This document shows positions 46,097 to 59,799 of a stretch of 64,000 bases of DNA, one piece after another (position 1 is the stretch's first letter; each line of letters begins with the position of its first letter). The stretch covers positions 111,538,001-111,602,000 of the forward strand of contig CM097882.1 in NCBI GenBank assembly GCA_044892505.1, written 5' to 3'. The stretch comes from Schmidtea nova. Taxonomy: Eukaryota. Both the position numbers and the translations under genes were made by a program. The notes beneath the pieces were generated by a model. The model was not told the DNA's origin. It saw only the letters and a program-made list of their open reading frames with translations, and made no database searches.

Positions 46097-48468
46097 GTGA
46101 CTGCTGTCGCCGTTTCCCTCATCATTATTGTCAGCGCCCCCCCTTTAAAAGGTAATAAATGTCAAGGAATGAATTGTTGCCCATTCCTAAAGTTTCTGGG
46201 GTGTCTGTTGTTAGAATAGTTGCGCTGTTATAAATGAGGGCGTACTCGTGTGTGTTGACTTTATATTCTTTGTTTAATTGATTGAATAGAATAGAAAATT
46301 TATCTCTAATGTTTAGTCGATATTTAAGTGTTCGTTTAGGAATGGTCCCCACAAACCCAGCATTTATCCATTAAGCAATGTAAGAACTCTTACCATTAAC
46401 CATACGGTTGGAACTCTGGTTCGCCATTGTAGAGCATTGATTAATGTTCGTCAATGATTTGTTAATAGGATTTCAATGCCCACAAGTATTTTGAAAAAAG
46501 TATTTTGCAACCAAAGTAGTGACAAGTCGCTCAATTTTCTAATATCATCAAACGGAATTCTTGATCAATTTATTAAATATATCGAATACAATTCAACTTC
46601 TGAGTTCCTTATTAAATGTATTCAGTGTTTTCAACCCAACGACGTCATTTCCTATATCAATTCGGGAAATGATGTATTAAAAATATGATTTCAGTATGAA
46701 TATAATGAAGTATTATATATGTATCATCATATAATCGTCATATATAATGAATATAATGAATATAATTGATTTCTTTAATTAATATTTTTTTGTGATTAGT
46801 TATCACTACATTTTCTTTTATACATTAAAACAAGAAAAAACGAAAACATATAAAATACAGTAACTACAAGAGTTACTTACAAGACTTTACAAAATGGACA
46901 GTTGGACACAGTAAACAGATATGTGACAGCAGGCTCGCAGTAAATGCAGCAAATATTAAAATAATTACAAATTAAAAAATATTAAAATACTTTCAATCTT
47001 CCAATCAACCAACTAGCAATATTATAATGCTAGTACAGATTGCCACTGATAATTGAACAGTTAAAAAGAAATTAACTAGAAGAGCATGATTTGAGCAATG
47101 GGCATACTCAGCATACTGGCAATTCTGGCATATGACGACATTGATGTTCCAAGCAATTGTATTTAGTAAGTAAATACACTAAATAGTAAATACTGCATAA
47201 TTGTGTTCAGAGAGTGGGTTTGAAATAATTTATTGTAGTTATCAGCTGGAGGAGAAATGATTAGCGGAATAAATTTTTTTGAAATAAAATACAAAATTTG
47301 ACATTTCTGGGGACCTCTAAATATTTTTTTTAATTATGAAATTTTTCCTATAACATAATACCACCACAGAAACTTTCTAGTTGGTGAGACCCAGAAAATG
47401 TTAACTTTGCATATTTTGTGGGACACCCTAATAAATCTATATAATTACGTCGATTATATTAACAAAATGAAGATAAAGGACAATTTAAAAATAGTTTTTT
47501 ATTAATATGAATATTGTTTAAAATAAACTATATATAAGCATTAAAAAAAAACAACGAAATCTTAATGGCTATAAATAGATATAATAAATTAGAACTTGCA
47601 AAATGTCAGGTATTTTAATATCCGCGAATATCGGTTTTCTTTCTTTGTAAACCGTGGTTAACAGTTGGATACGGATATTTTAAAAATAGTTAAATAAGAA
47701 AGAAAATAAAATAATATACTTAAAAAAGTTGTTGGATTAAGTTAAATTTTTTTTTATTCTTTTTCATTTTTGTAGAAATATTTTAGAAAAACTAAGGAAT
47801 TTAGAAAATAATTCGATTAATGGGTTCAAAGTTTACCGCAAAAGTGGAAGGAAACGGAGAACGTCCTTTCAGCTTCTGTCGATGATGGTTCAATGTTTTG
47901 AATTGGAAGTCGAACTCTGATTAGTTTTTCTAACATAGGATGAATAGAGTTCCACCTGTTTTTAATATCCAGTTGAAGTTGAAGTTCGTGCTCAATTTCA
48001 TTTACGATTTTCTTTTATCAAATCGAATTTCTAACACTATTTTCAAATACTTAATCAAAATCCCTACGTTCTTAGATTCTTTTGAATACCGACATCATCA
48101 TCGTCGTCAATAATATCAGAATCATGATTTCTCGATTTAGATAAAGTTTCAACTACTGCCAAATTCTATACTTAACCATCACACTAGCACAGGGTCGGCA
48201 ACCTGCGGCTCTTTCGATGCTAAGATGCCGCTCTCCAGTTCTATGCGCAAATATTAATAATTATATTATTTTATTTTCAAAACTCATAAAAAATATTATA
48301 CTGCAAAAAATATACTGTAAACCGAATAGAAACACTCAACAGAGACAGTGAGAATAGTTGGAGTAGAGATTAGACGGACAGATAGTAGTCGTTTAAGAAC
48401 CAGACCCAGCCCCATAGCCATGTTATGAACTGGCCGGCTGTATGATACCTAATTTATTATTGTATTAA

Positions 48469-50806
48469 CCCCTTAACGCACGTTTTTTTTTGATACGACG
48501 GCAAAAAAATCATTTTTTATTATTATTGATAATTAATATATAGACCTATATCAATGCAAAAACATTATTTTTAATAATAAAATAATCAAAAATAGTCAAA
48601 ATGAATATAAATTATTTTTATTCAAAACTCAAATATATACATATTTATACATACACGAAATATTATAGTAAGAAAATAAAAAGTGTTTAATTCAAATTAA
48701 AGTTAAAAATTTAATTCTATGTGATAGATTTTGGAACAAGGTACTGCACACAAGCCAATATTACATGGCTGGCCGTAATAACGAGTTTCCATCATCCTCC
48801 TCTTCCCTTTGCTGTCCCGTTGGTTGCAACAAACAGCACAGCATCTAGTTGGTGCAGCTTTTTTTCCTTTGGTGGAATATAATAAGGGAAATGTCTCTCT
48901 GCTAGTCTCAAGGGCCCAGGTTTCTTTGGTCGACCAAGTTTTGTTGTCCTAGATTCACTATGATAAGTCTCTATTAGACGTTCAACTAGAGTTAGCCGAA
49001 AATCTTTTTGATACAAAACAAAGACGTTATATATTGCAATATCAAGCAGATGAAAGAAATTTTTTTGTAATATTTTTTCCCTCTTTCTAGTTACTGAATA
49101 AACGATCAACACCTCCGATCGTATCATTGTAATCAACAACAACTTTAGGTTTCATAATATTATTACCCTCTTTTCCAGTTTTATTTGTTCTAACTTTCTC
49201 GGGATTGTGCACAGTTGATAATAAGCAAATATCCTTCTTATCCCTCCATTTCATTACCATTACCTTACCTCTCTGGAATGCAATAATTTCCCCTTTTTTC
49301 AATTTCGCCTTTTGTATTTCATTTGGTACTTCTTTTCTGTGTACCCGCATGGTTCCATAAATATCTGTTAAATATCTGTTTTATAAGCTCAAGAGACGTA
49401 TAAAAATTATCCGTTGTTATGCAGTAACATTGATTCAACAAATTGTCAGCTAATGATAGGACTACTTGCGAAGTCAGGGACATATTTTTGTATTTGTCAT
49501 TTAGGATCATACCTTTTCCTGTATAAATTAGGAACGAATAAACATAGCCAGATTTCGATTCGCATAAAAGGTATAATTTGATTCCAAAACGTGCACGTTT
49601 TGGTGGTAGATATTGCTTTAACCAAGTCTGCCTTTTTATAACATAAGGCTCTCGTCAACTGAAATGTCTCTTTCAGGTACGTATAAATTTGAACATTTTT
49701 CATTTATATTTTGATAAATAGCCCAAATTTTGTTCAATTTCGGGTTCGGATGAGTTTGGGGATCATAGTCGTTATGTAAATACTTTTTTATCTGCAGGTA
49801 TCTTCTTAGAGACATAAGTTTTGGAAAAAATAGAGTTGACAATATTTCATTTAAAGACCAATACATTCTCTCATCAGGTTTTTTTACAATTCCTTGCAGT
49901 ATGTTGATAGCCAAAAATACTCTTATACCATTCTGTGTAACAGATAGCCAGACATATTTGCAGTAGCACAAGTTCCTGCTCGGCGTATTTATTAGTTTCA
50001 GTTACTATTTTGTCTAGTAAATCTTTATCGAAAAACCTTCTAAAATATTCTAAAACATCAAATTCATTTGTTGTATTGAAAGTACTGCCAGAGATTGCCA
50101 GAAAAGGAAAACGTGGAGGTGGTGGATTGGCCTAATGTACGCTAAGTTTACACCAAGTTCTTACAAAACTAAGGTTGCCTCCATCTAATGAATCATCTGA
50201 TTATGTATCACTGTCGCTTATGTTGATTTCATCGGAACCGCTTTCAGATAACTCTGCATATTCAAAATCATCTGTATCCTCAGACATGTTTTTCAGTTAT
50301 TTTTCAAAATAAAGAACACGTTCTACAAGAAAAAAAATTTCTGAGAAATTACGAATATAATTATTTTTATATTTTCATTTACCTATAAATTGATAGTAAA
50401 AATTATAAAATATTATGCACGATATGTATTTTGAATAACGTCAAAAACCAAATTCAAATATAGGTAACTAAACTAACAAAATAAAAAAAAATCATAATAT
50501 GTAAAGCCTAAACACAATCATAACAAGCCGTCACTGACTAAACATTGAATATTATGATATTTGTTTTATTTGAAAAACATCTGGCGATGAATCATAATCC
50601 AAGATAATAACAACCCGCTCTTCAAGGTTACGTTACAAATTAACATCTTGGCTTCTTTTTCAAAAATTCATTACACTGCCCGAGATATAATCGTTAGTGA
50701 ATCTTAAACAAAACTTTATATTTCGTATACCCGAGTCTCTCTCGGGCATGCACAAATTTGCCAGTAACACTTACCCGAGTTACGCTCGGGCATGTGCGTT
50801 AAAGGG
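48469..50806 (-). mobile_element. piggyBac DNA transposon (PGBD4-like transposase, decayed)
   Basis: TTAA TSDs at 48465-48468 and 50807-50810; TIR CCC(C/T)TTAACGCAC; ISVDESL, TTDNFYTS, KWRDKK, DYN..GGVD and a Cys-rich C-terminus; subterminal CCCGAG..CTCGGG palindromes. Confidence 0.95.
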
Positions 50807-52175
50807 TTAATTAAGTGACATACAATGCCTGATCGAGTGAGTAACTTATATTTTTTGGTTAATTTTTGCAGCGTATATAATAAAAAACACTTTCGCGAGG
50901 GCTCTGTCTGCCACTGCCGCCGTTACTAGTCACTGCTATAACCCAGTGGACGGTAGTGTTCAGTTTTCCTCAGAACGCGGTTGCGTGTGATAATTTTATC
51001 GCTTGTTTTTTGAAAAATACGATATAGAAGCGAATTATCTTCTCAAAGGTATATAAGTATAATAATAAGCTAACAATAGTAAGCCTTCTCCGCAATGTTT
51101 ATTTAAATGAAATATTTCGATATTAAAAAGATTCTGATCACTCCAATGCGAAATTCTTTCCAATTGACTTTTCACTTCTTTCTGGATGTTTTCTTTCTCT
51201 CGAATTCTGATCTGGAATTTCAAAACATTTCGAGTACCAAAGGCTGCAGAGGAGCGGGCAATTACAATCAAACGTCTGGGTGTGATGGGTGCAGCGGATT
51301 TTTTAAATAATTTTTATTCATTATCAATTTTACTGCATTATAGATAAAAAATATTATATGAAATACACACACAATTTATTAAAAATGTAAAAGTAAAGAC
51401 ATGTTAATTTTTAAAAATTATTATGTCATCGACGTAAATATGAATCATGACTCTGTAATGATCTAATTCTAATCCACACACACTAATCTAATGGGATTTT
51501 TGTTGTATATTAGATGCTCATTATTTGATGTCCGGCTCATAACTTGTGTTTTTCAAAGAAACACATGCCGCATTCATTTCATCAGTTAATCTACTGCAAA
51601 TATCAGATTTTATGAAATTCATCGTAGAGAATACTCTTTCGCAGGAATAACTTGACGAAAAATAGAGAGAATTGACCAAGCAACTTTTTTAAATTATCAA
51701 ATGTATTTGGAAAACTATTCCATACTTTCAAAACTTATTTTTCTACTGATAGTCCATTTTCTTCTGATGGCGACATTGACAGTCGATTTCGTTCAATTTC
51801 TTCTAACTGCATTCTTAATTCAACAAATTTCAGTTTCAAGATTGAGCTTTATTGAAACTCAACTAATTGTATCTCAAATTTATTTAAATCCATCTAATTG
51901 AAAATTTCCAAATTTAGATTTTCAAGAATAATTGTATCTGGATATTTCAGAAATTTTAAAGTTTCTTCTAAGGATCTGAATTGAACAAAACGTGATGAAA
52001 ATTGATTAATTGTAACATCCAAGATTTGAACAAAAAATCGTCGATGTCTATCAAAATCAACTTTCTCTTGAATCTCCAAATCATTGAAAAACTAATTTTG
52101 TATATTTGAAATATTTCAGTTCTTGAGTTTCTACATCTCGTTTAAATATTTTAAGTTTAACCTCGAATGCTTTTA

Positions 52176-53457
52176 TTAGGTCATTAAGTATGAAATGTCG
52201 GATTTTTAATCAACGTTTTGATTTACAATATAAGAAGCAAAAACCATATATTTATACCAAATAATCACCAAAACTATCAACACAGTTCTGCCATCTTAAT
52301 GGTAACTTGTTTATTCCAGCAGCGAAGAAGTCTGGTGATAAAGTGGCGATGAAATCACGAAAGGCGTTTTTCGCAGCCGCATCTGTATTGAATATTTTTC
52401 CAACCAAGAAATGATCCAAAGCTCGGAAGAAATGATAGTCTGTTGGCGCAAGGTCTGGTGAATACGGTGGGTGGCAGAGTTTCCAGTTCCAACTCCTGCA
52501 GTTGGAGCAGCGTTGCTTTGGCAACATGTGGTCGAGCGTTGTCTTGCAAGAGAATTGGTTTGTCTCGATTGACCAATCTCGGCTGCTTGTTAGCGAGCAA
52601 CTTCATCATATCCTTTAATTGGGTACAGTATGTTTCTGCTGTAATAGATTTTCCTGGTTTTGAAAAGTTATAGTGGATAATACCAGCATAGGATCACCAG
52701 ACAGATACCATGATTTTCTTTTGGTGAACGTTTGGCTTTGGACAGAATCTAGGGGCTTCATCTTTATCCAACCATTGAGATGATCGCTTGCGATTATCGA
52801 ATCTAATTCATTTTTCGTCACACGTCACGATACGTTTAAGAAATGGTTCGGCTTTCTGTCGTAATAACAAAGAAAGACAAGCTTGAAGACGATTTGTTTT
52901 CTGATATTCGCATAATTCGTGAGGTACCCATCGGTCAAGCTTTTTAACCTTGTTAATTTTTTTCAAATGGTCAATTCTTGTAGGGATGGAGACATTGAAT
53001 GTCAACGCTAACTCCTGAGTACTTTGAGATGGATCCTTCTCCACTACAGCTTTCAGGTCAGCTTGATTCACCTTCGTCTCAGGTTTCCCACGTGGCATAT
53101 TTTGAAGACAGAAATCTCCTGCGCGGAACTTCTGAAAACATCTCTGCACCATTCGTTCATTGACGCCATTGCTCCCAAACACATCACTCATATTTCGTAC
53201 CGTTTGCCTTGCATTAGACCCACGACGGAACCTGTATTCAAAAATGACACGAATTTTCGAAATATCCATTGTTTAGAAAAGTTGCTCTACGAATGCTAAT
53301 TTATAATATAATCAGATATTTAAATATGCGCTATAAAAAGTAATTACCTATTTACGCACTAAAACAAAAACAAATAATTTTCGAGCTAAATTATTTAAAA
53401 TATCAAATGTCAAACTTTGGATTTTGAAAATCCGACATTTCATACTTAATGACCTAA
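52176..53457 (-). mobile_element. Mariner (DD34D), 1282 bp, inserted in the hAT transposase
   Basis: 30-bp TIR TTAGGTCATTAAGTATGAAATGTCGGATTT; TA TSD; WVPHEL, VTCDEK, LQDNARPH, PPYSPDLAPTDY; removal rejoins DLMFDII/KAFEVKL. Confidence 0.96.
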
Positions 53458-54789
53458 TATAATATCAAACATTAAATCAACAGTTTTTCCTGAACCTTGC
53501 AGCTTATTATTAATTTCATTCAGGTGTAAAGACAAATCAGAAAAAAGCATTAATGTACTCAGCCAGTCAAGATTTGTGAGCTCTGACTTGATGTTTATTG
53601 CTAACAAGAAACAATCTAATTTCGCCAATACATTCCACAAAACGTTCAAGCACACGTCCACGACTTAGTCATCTAAAGCTATTGTACATCAGTTAACCAG
53701 AGTAGACAGATTCTAATTCTTGCAATAATGATTGAAATTGTCTTTTATTCAAAGCACGTGCTGCTATAAAGTGTACAACTTTTGTAACAACTTTCATTAC
53801 ATCTTCAAGTTCTTTTAAACCTGTTTTTGCACATAAAATCTCTTGGTGTACAATGCAGTGAAACCCCAGCAATGAATGTCCAACTTCTATTGTAAATAAG
53901 TTTATAAACCCAGCATCTATACATATCATGCTCGGTGCACTATCAGTTGTAACAGATACAAATTTTTTAAATCAATGTTTTTATCAGAAAGTTCTTTTAG
54001 TACACAAATACATATGTCAGTTCCAGTAGTTGTTCCAGGAAGATTTACCAGAGAAATAAGTTCCTCTCGCATTTCTTCACCTCTGCGAAATTGAGCAATA
54101 ATAGCTCATCTATCAGAGGAAGTAACACCTGTCTTTCATCCAAGCAAATTGAGAATGTGTGGCATCCAGATAAATCGCTTTTTAATTGATCTTTAACATT
54201 AACATCTAATTTAACGATTCTTTCTTTATCAGTATTTCGACTTACTGTCATGTCTTTAATACACTGAATAATTTTATCTTTATTTGGGAAATCATCAAAC
54301 AGGAATGGTGCGCATTCTAACCACGATTTTTTTATGTAATCACCATCACTAAAAGGCTTACAATGCTTAGCGATATTTTTGGATTCTTTAAAACTGGCAG
54401 CTACAAGATTATATGCACTGTGTGCGAACTTAGTAAAACGGTTTGATTGTATCTTTTTAATTTTTATTTCTCTTGATATATATATTATTGCTGTTCTGCT
54501 TCACTTTTTTTAATAAGCCCTCCATGTTTTGTTTTATAATGACGGTTGACAGATGAAGTCCGACAGACAACACTTTCCGAGCATATAACACACCTGCCAC
54601 TGCCTTCATTTTTAAATTTCAGTTTTTTCAGTTTTGAGCAAGACATCCTGTAAAATCAATTTTTTTATTTAACAAAATAAATTTAAATACAAATTTTAAA
54701 ATGAGTTGAAATAATTAGAATAGTTTTTTTATTGTAAATTCATGAAAACTTTAATTTTGTAAATTTAAACCACAAAAAAACTTTTTGTT

Positions 54790-55170
54790 AATTATAATGA
54801 GCTTCAAAGACAAGCAAAAAAAAATTCAGAAAACATTCCAGACTCACCAGAAAATGGGTTATTTCATTGCAGCAGCAAATGGCTTCAAAATGTTTGTCGC
54901 AGAAACAAGATTACTTCCAGAAAAATAACTCACCAAAGTCAACAGGATAATTGTACGGCTACTGAATTATTCAATAAAGTTCAAAATTATTTAACAGCCG
55001 TAAATATGAAAACAATTAACTTTGCCAAAAACTGTATGATGAAACTGTTGATGAACATGTAACTGATAGTCTGAGTTCTTCCTCTGATGATGATGATGAT
55101 GATGAATATGTCAGCGAGACTTCCAGTGAAGTTGATACAGAGGAGCTATTAAAATTGGTTCAGATGAGTA
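54790..55170 (+). pseudogene. pogo/CENP-B HTH transposase remnant
   Basis: FHCSSKWLQNVCRRNKITSRKITHQSQ resembles F.AS.GW...F.RR...S.R..TH..Q. Confidence 0.6.
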
Positions 55171-55682
55171 ATAAATAACACTTTAAAAAATAATTAATAA
55201 ATTTGTATCGGACTATGTTCCTAGTTTTTCTATTATTATATACAGCTTTTTTTATTATTAATGAATAATCTTATTGTTTTTTGAAATTATAATATAGTTG
55301 TTTTGTTCGTTAATTATATACTAATTGGTTTTATTTTAATTTTACTTTAAAATCATTGATCAGAATCAAGCTAGACATGGGTGTGTTAGTTATAATGTTG
55401 GTAAAGCAGTGCTTACTCTGATTTTACATTTAACTTGCATAAATTAAGAACTGTTTCGCCATCTAATAAATGAAAAAAATTATTCCACAATGATTTTAAA
55501 ACGATTCAAAATTAAATTTAGTTACTTGTTACGGACCGTAACAATAAAACTAAAAAAAGTTGAAAAGGGCAAAAGTGTACTGCGTGCTATAGGTTCGCCA
55601 CCCCTGCAATATATTAACTTCAATTTCGCTTTAGACAACCTTTTTATTTATAAATATTTTATCACAAACTACTTATATTATT

Positions 55683-56930
55683 TTACATATCTCGTAATAC
55701 ATTGCGAGGAGTTTCAATTGCTTCCAAATTGCATGTGAATGTTTTTGGAAGTTGATTCTTTCTTCGCAATGCTTCTTTCCCAATATGTGCTAGTTGATAA
55801 TTATTGATCCCTCCAGCTAACATTGAACTTTCAAACTCTTTTTGAAGAGTCAAGAAAATATTTTCTAATTTTTCGACAACATTATTCTTCCAGGCACGTT
55901 TGACAACGGCAATAAAATCGTCAATATTTTTTGGAGAACTTTGATATTGAATAGACTGAAATGAATTGAAGTAACCTAAATCAAGTACACTGAAATTTGG
56001 ACTGTTAAGACGCTGACAAATTAAGTTAATATTCCATCCATCCGTATGTCCAGTTTTAATAATTTCAGGATCATCAACTTTAGCATGAGGACGAGCATTA
56101 TCTTGTTGTATTTTAATTGCCATAGATTTCTGATATTGCGGCCATTTCGTTTATTGCAGGAATAAATTTTTCTCTTATAAATTTTGTACAAATTTCTCGA
56201 TTTATTTCTATTGGTTTTCTCACAAATGCCCCTTTTTAGAATTTCGTTTCACAGGTTCATATTCAACAATCGGCCAAAGCCCAAGCTTTCCATCAAATTT
56301 AGTTTTCCGGTGATAATCCCACCGGGGTTTAGTCAAAAGCAGCGAGAAACATTACTTTAAATATAAATCGTTTACTTTGTACTTGACGATGGGGTACTTC
56401 TTCAAGGAGTAAATAGAAACTTATTTTATCTTTTGAAAAATAGAACCATTTTTCGTCCACATGTACGATATTCTCTATCCATTTGAAATCATTTGTGGTC
56501 TGGTCAATATGTGATAAGGCAAACTCCAAACGCCTTTTTTTGTTTTGCGGTGTTAACATTGGCTTCAGAGAGTTGCTGTGTCTCTTGATTACCTTTTCCT
56601 TTACCCAAGGAAATTGGGGTTTTTTATTTATTGTCCTGAAGTGCTAAAATTTTGTTCTGAAGTTCTTGTCGACATAACTTCTTGCGACCAGAATTTCCTT
56701 TAATTCTGGAACCAACGTTAGCAAATTTCAAGCCCTGGAGTGTACATTGGCCGACTCTCCCCCAAATTCTTGAAATTGTTTTCGGGGACTTTAAATTTTC
56801 CAGCAACATCTTTAATTGTTCCTTTTGGCAATTTCTAATTGTTAGATCGCGCAAGAAGTGTTTGCAGGATCGCATTTCTCTCCTCGTCACTTAAATTTTT
56901 GTAATTTACTCCAGAACGTTCGATTTCCAT
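55683..56930 (-). mobile_element. DD39D (plant-mariner/Soymar-type) transposase, frameshifted; termini not resolved
   Basis: VHVDEKWF, KVMFL, QQDNARPH and NSPNFSVLDLG; 39 residues counted between the second and third Asp. Confidence 0.88.
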
Positions 56931-57669
56931 GATTTAAGGTTTTTTTGCACTGCGAAGAAAATAGCAGCGGGTTATTTTGATACGCAGCCAAAAATTACAA
57001 ATTTCAGAAATTGCTTGTTATGAAACTATTATTATAAACTGATTCTATTGCTCATACACAAATGACATATTATAATCTTATATTGTTAAGTTGGCAACAA
57101 ATGTCATTTGAAACAATCATTTTTGAACAGAGGTAGTATAATTTTTTCAACGAAAAAAATACGTGATTAAATTTACTAATTAATTACCTTTGATTTTGTT
57201 CAATTCCTCGATTTAAAGGTTAGTATTTACAAAATAATGCTTCGATTTTTAATAAATAATGCTGATGGGAAAAGTTATGTTAAATTTAAAGCGACGTCTT
57301 CTCGACATAAAAAGAAAATTTTGCAATGCCTGTAAATTTCACGTAAAATACTTTACTTAGAATTTATTCAGCATACTAAGATTTATTTTGCCAAAAAATC
57401 ATTTTTTTGCCTTCGAATTTTTTTCTTCTAACAAAATTTTATTTTATTTAATTTTTTTCGTTTTAGCAAAAAAACGAAATGTTTCGCACGCGGGCCACGG
57501 GCTGCGGGTTGCTAATTCCTGATTTAAAGTATTATTAAAATTAATTGCTAGTGTTTTTCAAATTTTGAAATGGCACTCATTCATTTCATGTACGGAAAAT
57601 CAAATAACAATACTACTAAAACAAGACTATTATAATTAAAATATTTTCCAAATCGCAGATTTTAAGCTA

Positions 57670-58320
57670 ACGAATGTTTCGAAATATTCATCAACGTTTG
57701 CGCGATGCTGGAAAATTTGAGCCCCACGTTAGACCACGAACTGTTGGAATACATGAATTTGAAGAAATCATTTTACGAAAGTTTGAAGAAAATTCTGAAA
57801 CATACCGAAGGGGTACTTTGAAAAAACGTACATAAAGTCATCGCACCGTTTTAAAAATTTTGCACCAAGCCGACTGTCATCCATACAATATTTAATTTTT
57901 CAAGCACTTATGCCTTAGATTATAAAGCAAAGGTTAATATTTGTTAAATTTAGAATCCGCAGTTTATATCAAAATTTTTATTTACCAATGATGCGTTGTT
58001 TACTAAGGTTTGTATAAATATTTGTTACTATATTCATGTTTGGTCAGATGAGAATCCTTATGCAATTTCAAAATCGTCGCACAAGTATCGCTTTTCTATT
58101 AATGTTTATGCTGGAATCTTTTCGGATTATCTTATTTAATCTAATCGACTGATAGGAGCAATTTATCTTCATTTTCTCACAAATGACTTACCTGAACATA
58201 TAACCGATATTTCACTAATCTATTCACAACATATGTGGTTCACACATGATGATGTTCCTACACATTTTTAGTATTTAGACAAATTTTTTGAAAGAACATT
58301 GATAGGACTTGAGGCGGTTA
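57670..58320 (+). pseudogene. Tc1/IS630-like transposase remnant
   Basis: ILFTNDA.FT, H.WSDENP, RFSINVYAGI, MWFTHDDVP.HF. Confidence 0.7.
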
Positions 58321-58399
58321 CTTGAGAATAGATAAAAAGTATGAAGTGTAAAAACAGATTTAATGCAGAAATTTATATGAATTGAAAAAAAGAGACCCT

Positions 58400-58860
58400 C
58401 AGTCTTATGTTAAGAGCTTTAGGGTTAAATTTACAATTAAATATATACATCATCGTTATTTTCTTACCCAAATCAGTTAAAAATTTTTTTGGATACCCAT
58501 CTGCAAACATAGTTTTGATTGCTATTGTCATTTCATTAACAGACCTTGTTTTGACCAGAATTGAACGAGAATATTATTGGAAATCATCGATACATGTGAA
58601 AATATATTTATAACCTTTGTTAATTATGGAATATGAAATCATTTGCCAAAAATCAATAATACCATATATTATATATGCTATTATTAGAAATTGTTTCGAC
58701 ATCGGGCTGTTTAGACTATGTTAATTGACCCAATAACCAGTTTTGCGTGTTTTATGTTCGAGTTTTGGCCTCTTGTTTAGCTTTTCAACTCCACCAAAAC
58801 TGGATGGGTCTTTTCGGTTTGTCCATATCTTCATTATAAAAGAAGATTTAAAATTTAATT
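58400..58860 (-). pseudogene. Polinton-type retroviral-like integrase remnant
   Basis: DPSSFGGVEKL, NWLLGQ.. (Y)SLNSP...F, IDDF..Y, and P..F.TD.G, matching the recalled Polinton integrase N-terminus and core. Confidence 0.65.
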
Positions 58861-59799
58861 TGAGACTAGATAAATTAATTAAAAGTGTTTGGCCCATTGT
58901 TTATGATAATTGTCCCAATAATCCGACTATACTAACTTGTTTTCGATTTTTGGTCTTTACTAGTTAAAATAAGTGTTTTGTGTTTGTTCAAAATAATTTT
59001 GGATGATTTACTAACATTGATTTTATCTTTAAGAACTTTTAATGTGACTTCAAGTAAATCATGAATAATATATTTTGTAAATGATTATGATCTTCTAGTA
59101 TTTGGAAACAATCCGTTGAGAAATGGAAAATTACAATGATAATTTGGGGTTTTAATTTCTTTTTATACTTTCTTTGGCATTGGGTTAAATTGCTTGAAAA
59201 TAGCATAGTCACCTCTCTCACCGAACTTAAATTCGTTTTATTTTTATTTGTGGAGACATTTAAAAAGCATGAGCTTTATAGCTCATGACCATATAGGTCA
59301 ACAGCTACATAGTGTACCAACCTATTGAGAGTGCCGTTTGAACTCGAAAAAAATAATTTAGATTAAAGTCACAAACAAAATTTATAAAACGAAACATGAT
59401 TCAAAATGTCTAGAAAAAAATTAAAATAAATAAAATATAGATTTCTTATAGTTTATAAACTGAATTGTCAAAAAAAGGAACGAAAATAAAAATATTTCCA
59501 ATTATGAATTTTAAGTTTTAATTATTATACTTTTTATTATAAATAATTATATTTATATTATTTTCAAGCAATAATTTTTCTTTAAAAGTATATTTTCAAG
59601 GATAAAGATGATTTTCTAACTAATTTGGGTAATTAATATTATTTCGTTAACTTAAAATATCAAAAGAAATAATTTATATAAAATCAACAAAAAATGTTAA
59701 ATTTGCTAATAAAATTAAAAGAATTTATATTAAAATTGGATTGAAAGTAAAGCATTTTTTGAAATTGCGCTGTATTACTGCACAATCAAAAAACAAAAC

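Larger units (their letters stand above)
42010..47430 (-). mobile_element. hAT (hATm-type) DNA transposon with nested inserts
   Basis: TIR TAGGGTGTCCCA(T/C)AAAA; 8-bp TSD ATAAATTT/ATAAATCT; transposase 42404-45305 with RLPSG..L..F, FWEKSRIP, WMAKAIY, RHSWY and VNDVAERGV. Confidence 0.88.
48190..57521 (-). mobile_element. Buster/SPIN-type hAT (GTF2IRD2-like transposase about 51510-54620) with nested piggyBac, mariner, pogo and DD39D; the two ends may come from different copies
   Basis: Left end CAGGGTCGGCAACCTGCGGCTC; right end (reverse complement) CAGGAATTAGCAACCCGC; KPFSDG, TDSAPSM, HCIVHQE, SSYSCESVFS; flanks CACTAGCA and ATTTAAAG are both nnnTAnnn but differ. Confidence 0.7.

Noticed and set aside
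46175-46353. About 180-bp segment with inverted ends (CCATTCCTAAA) next to the gag fragment
   Set aside because: No PBS, PPT geometry or TSD could be established to decide between LTR and MITE.
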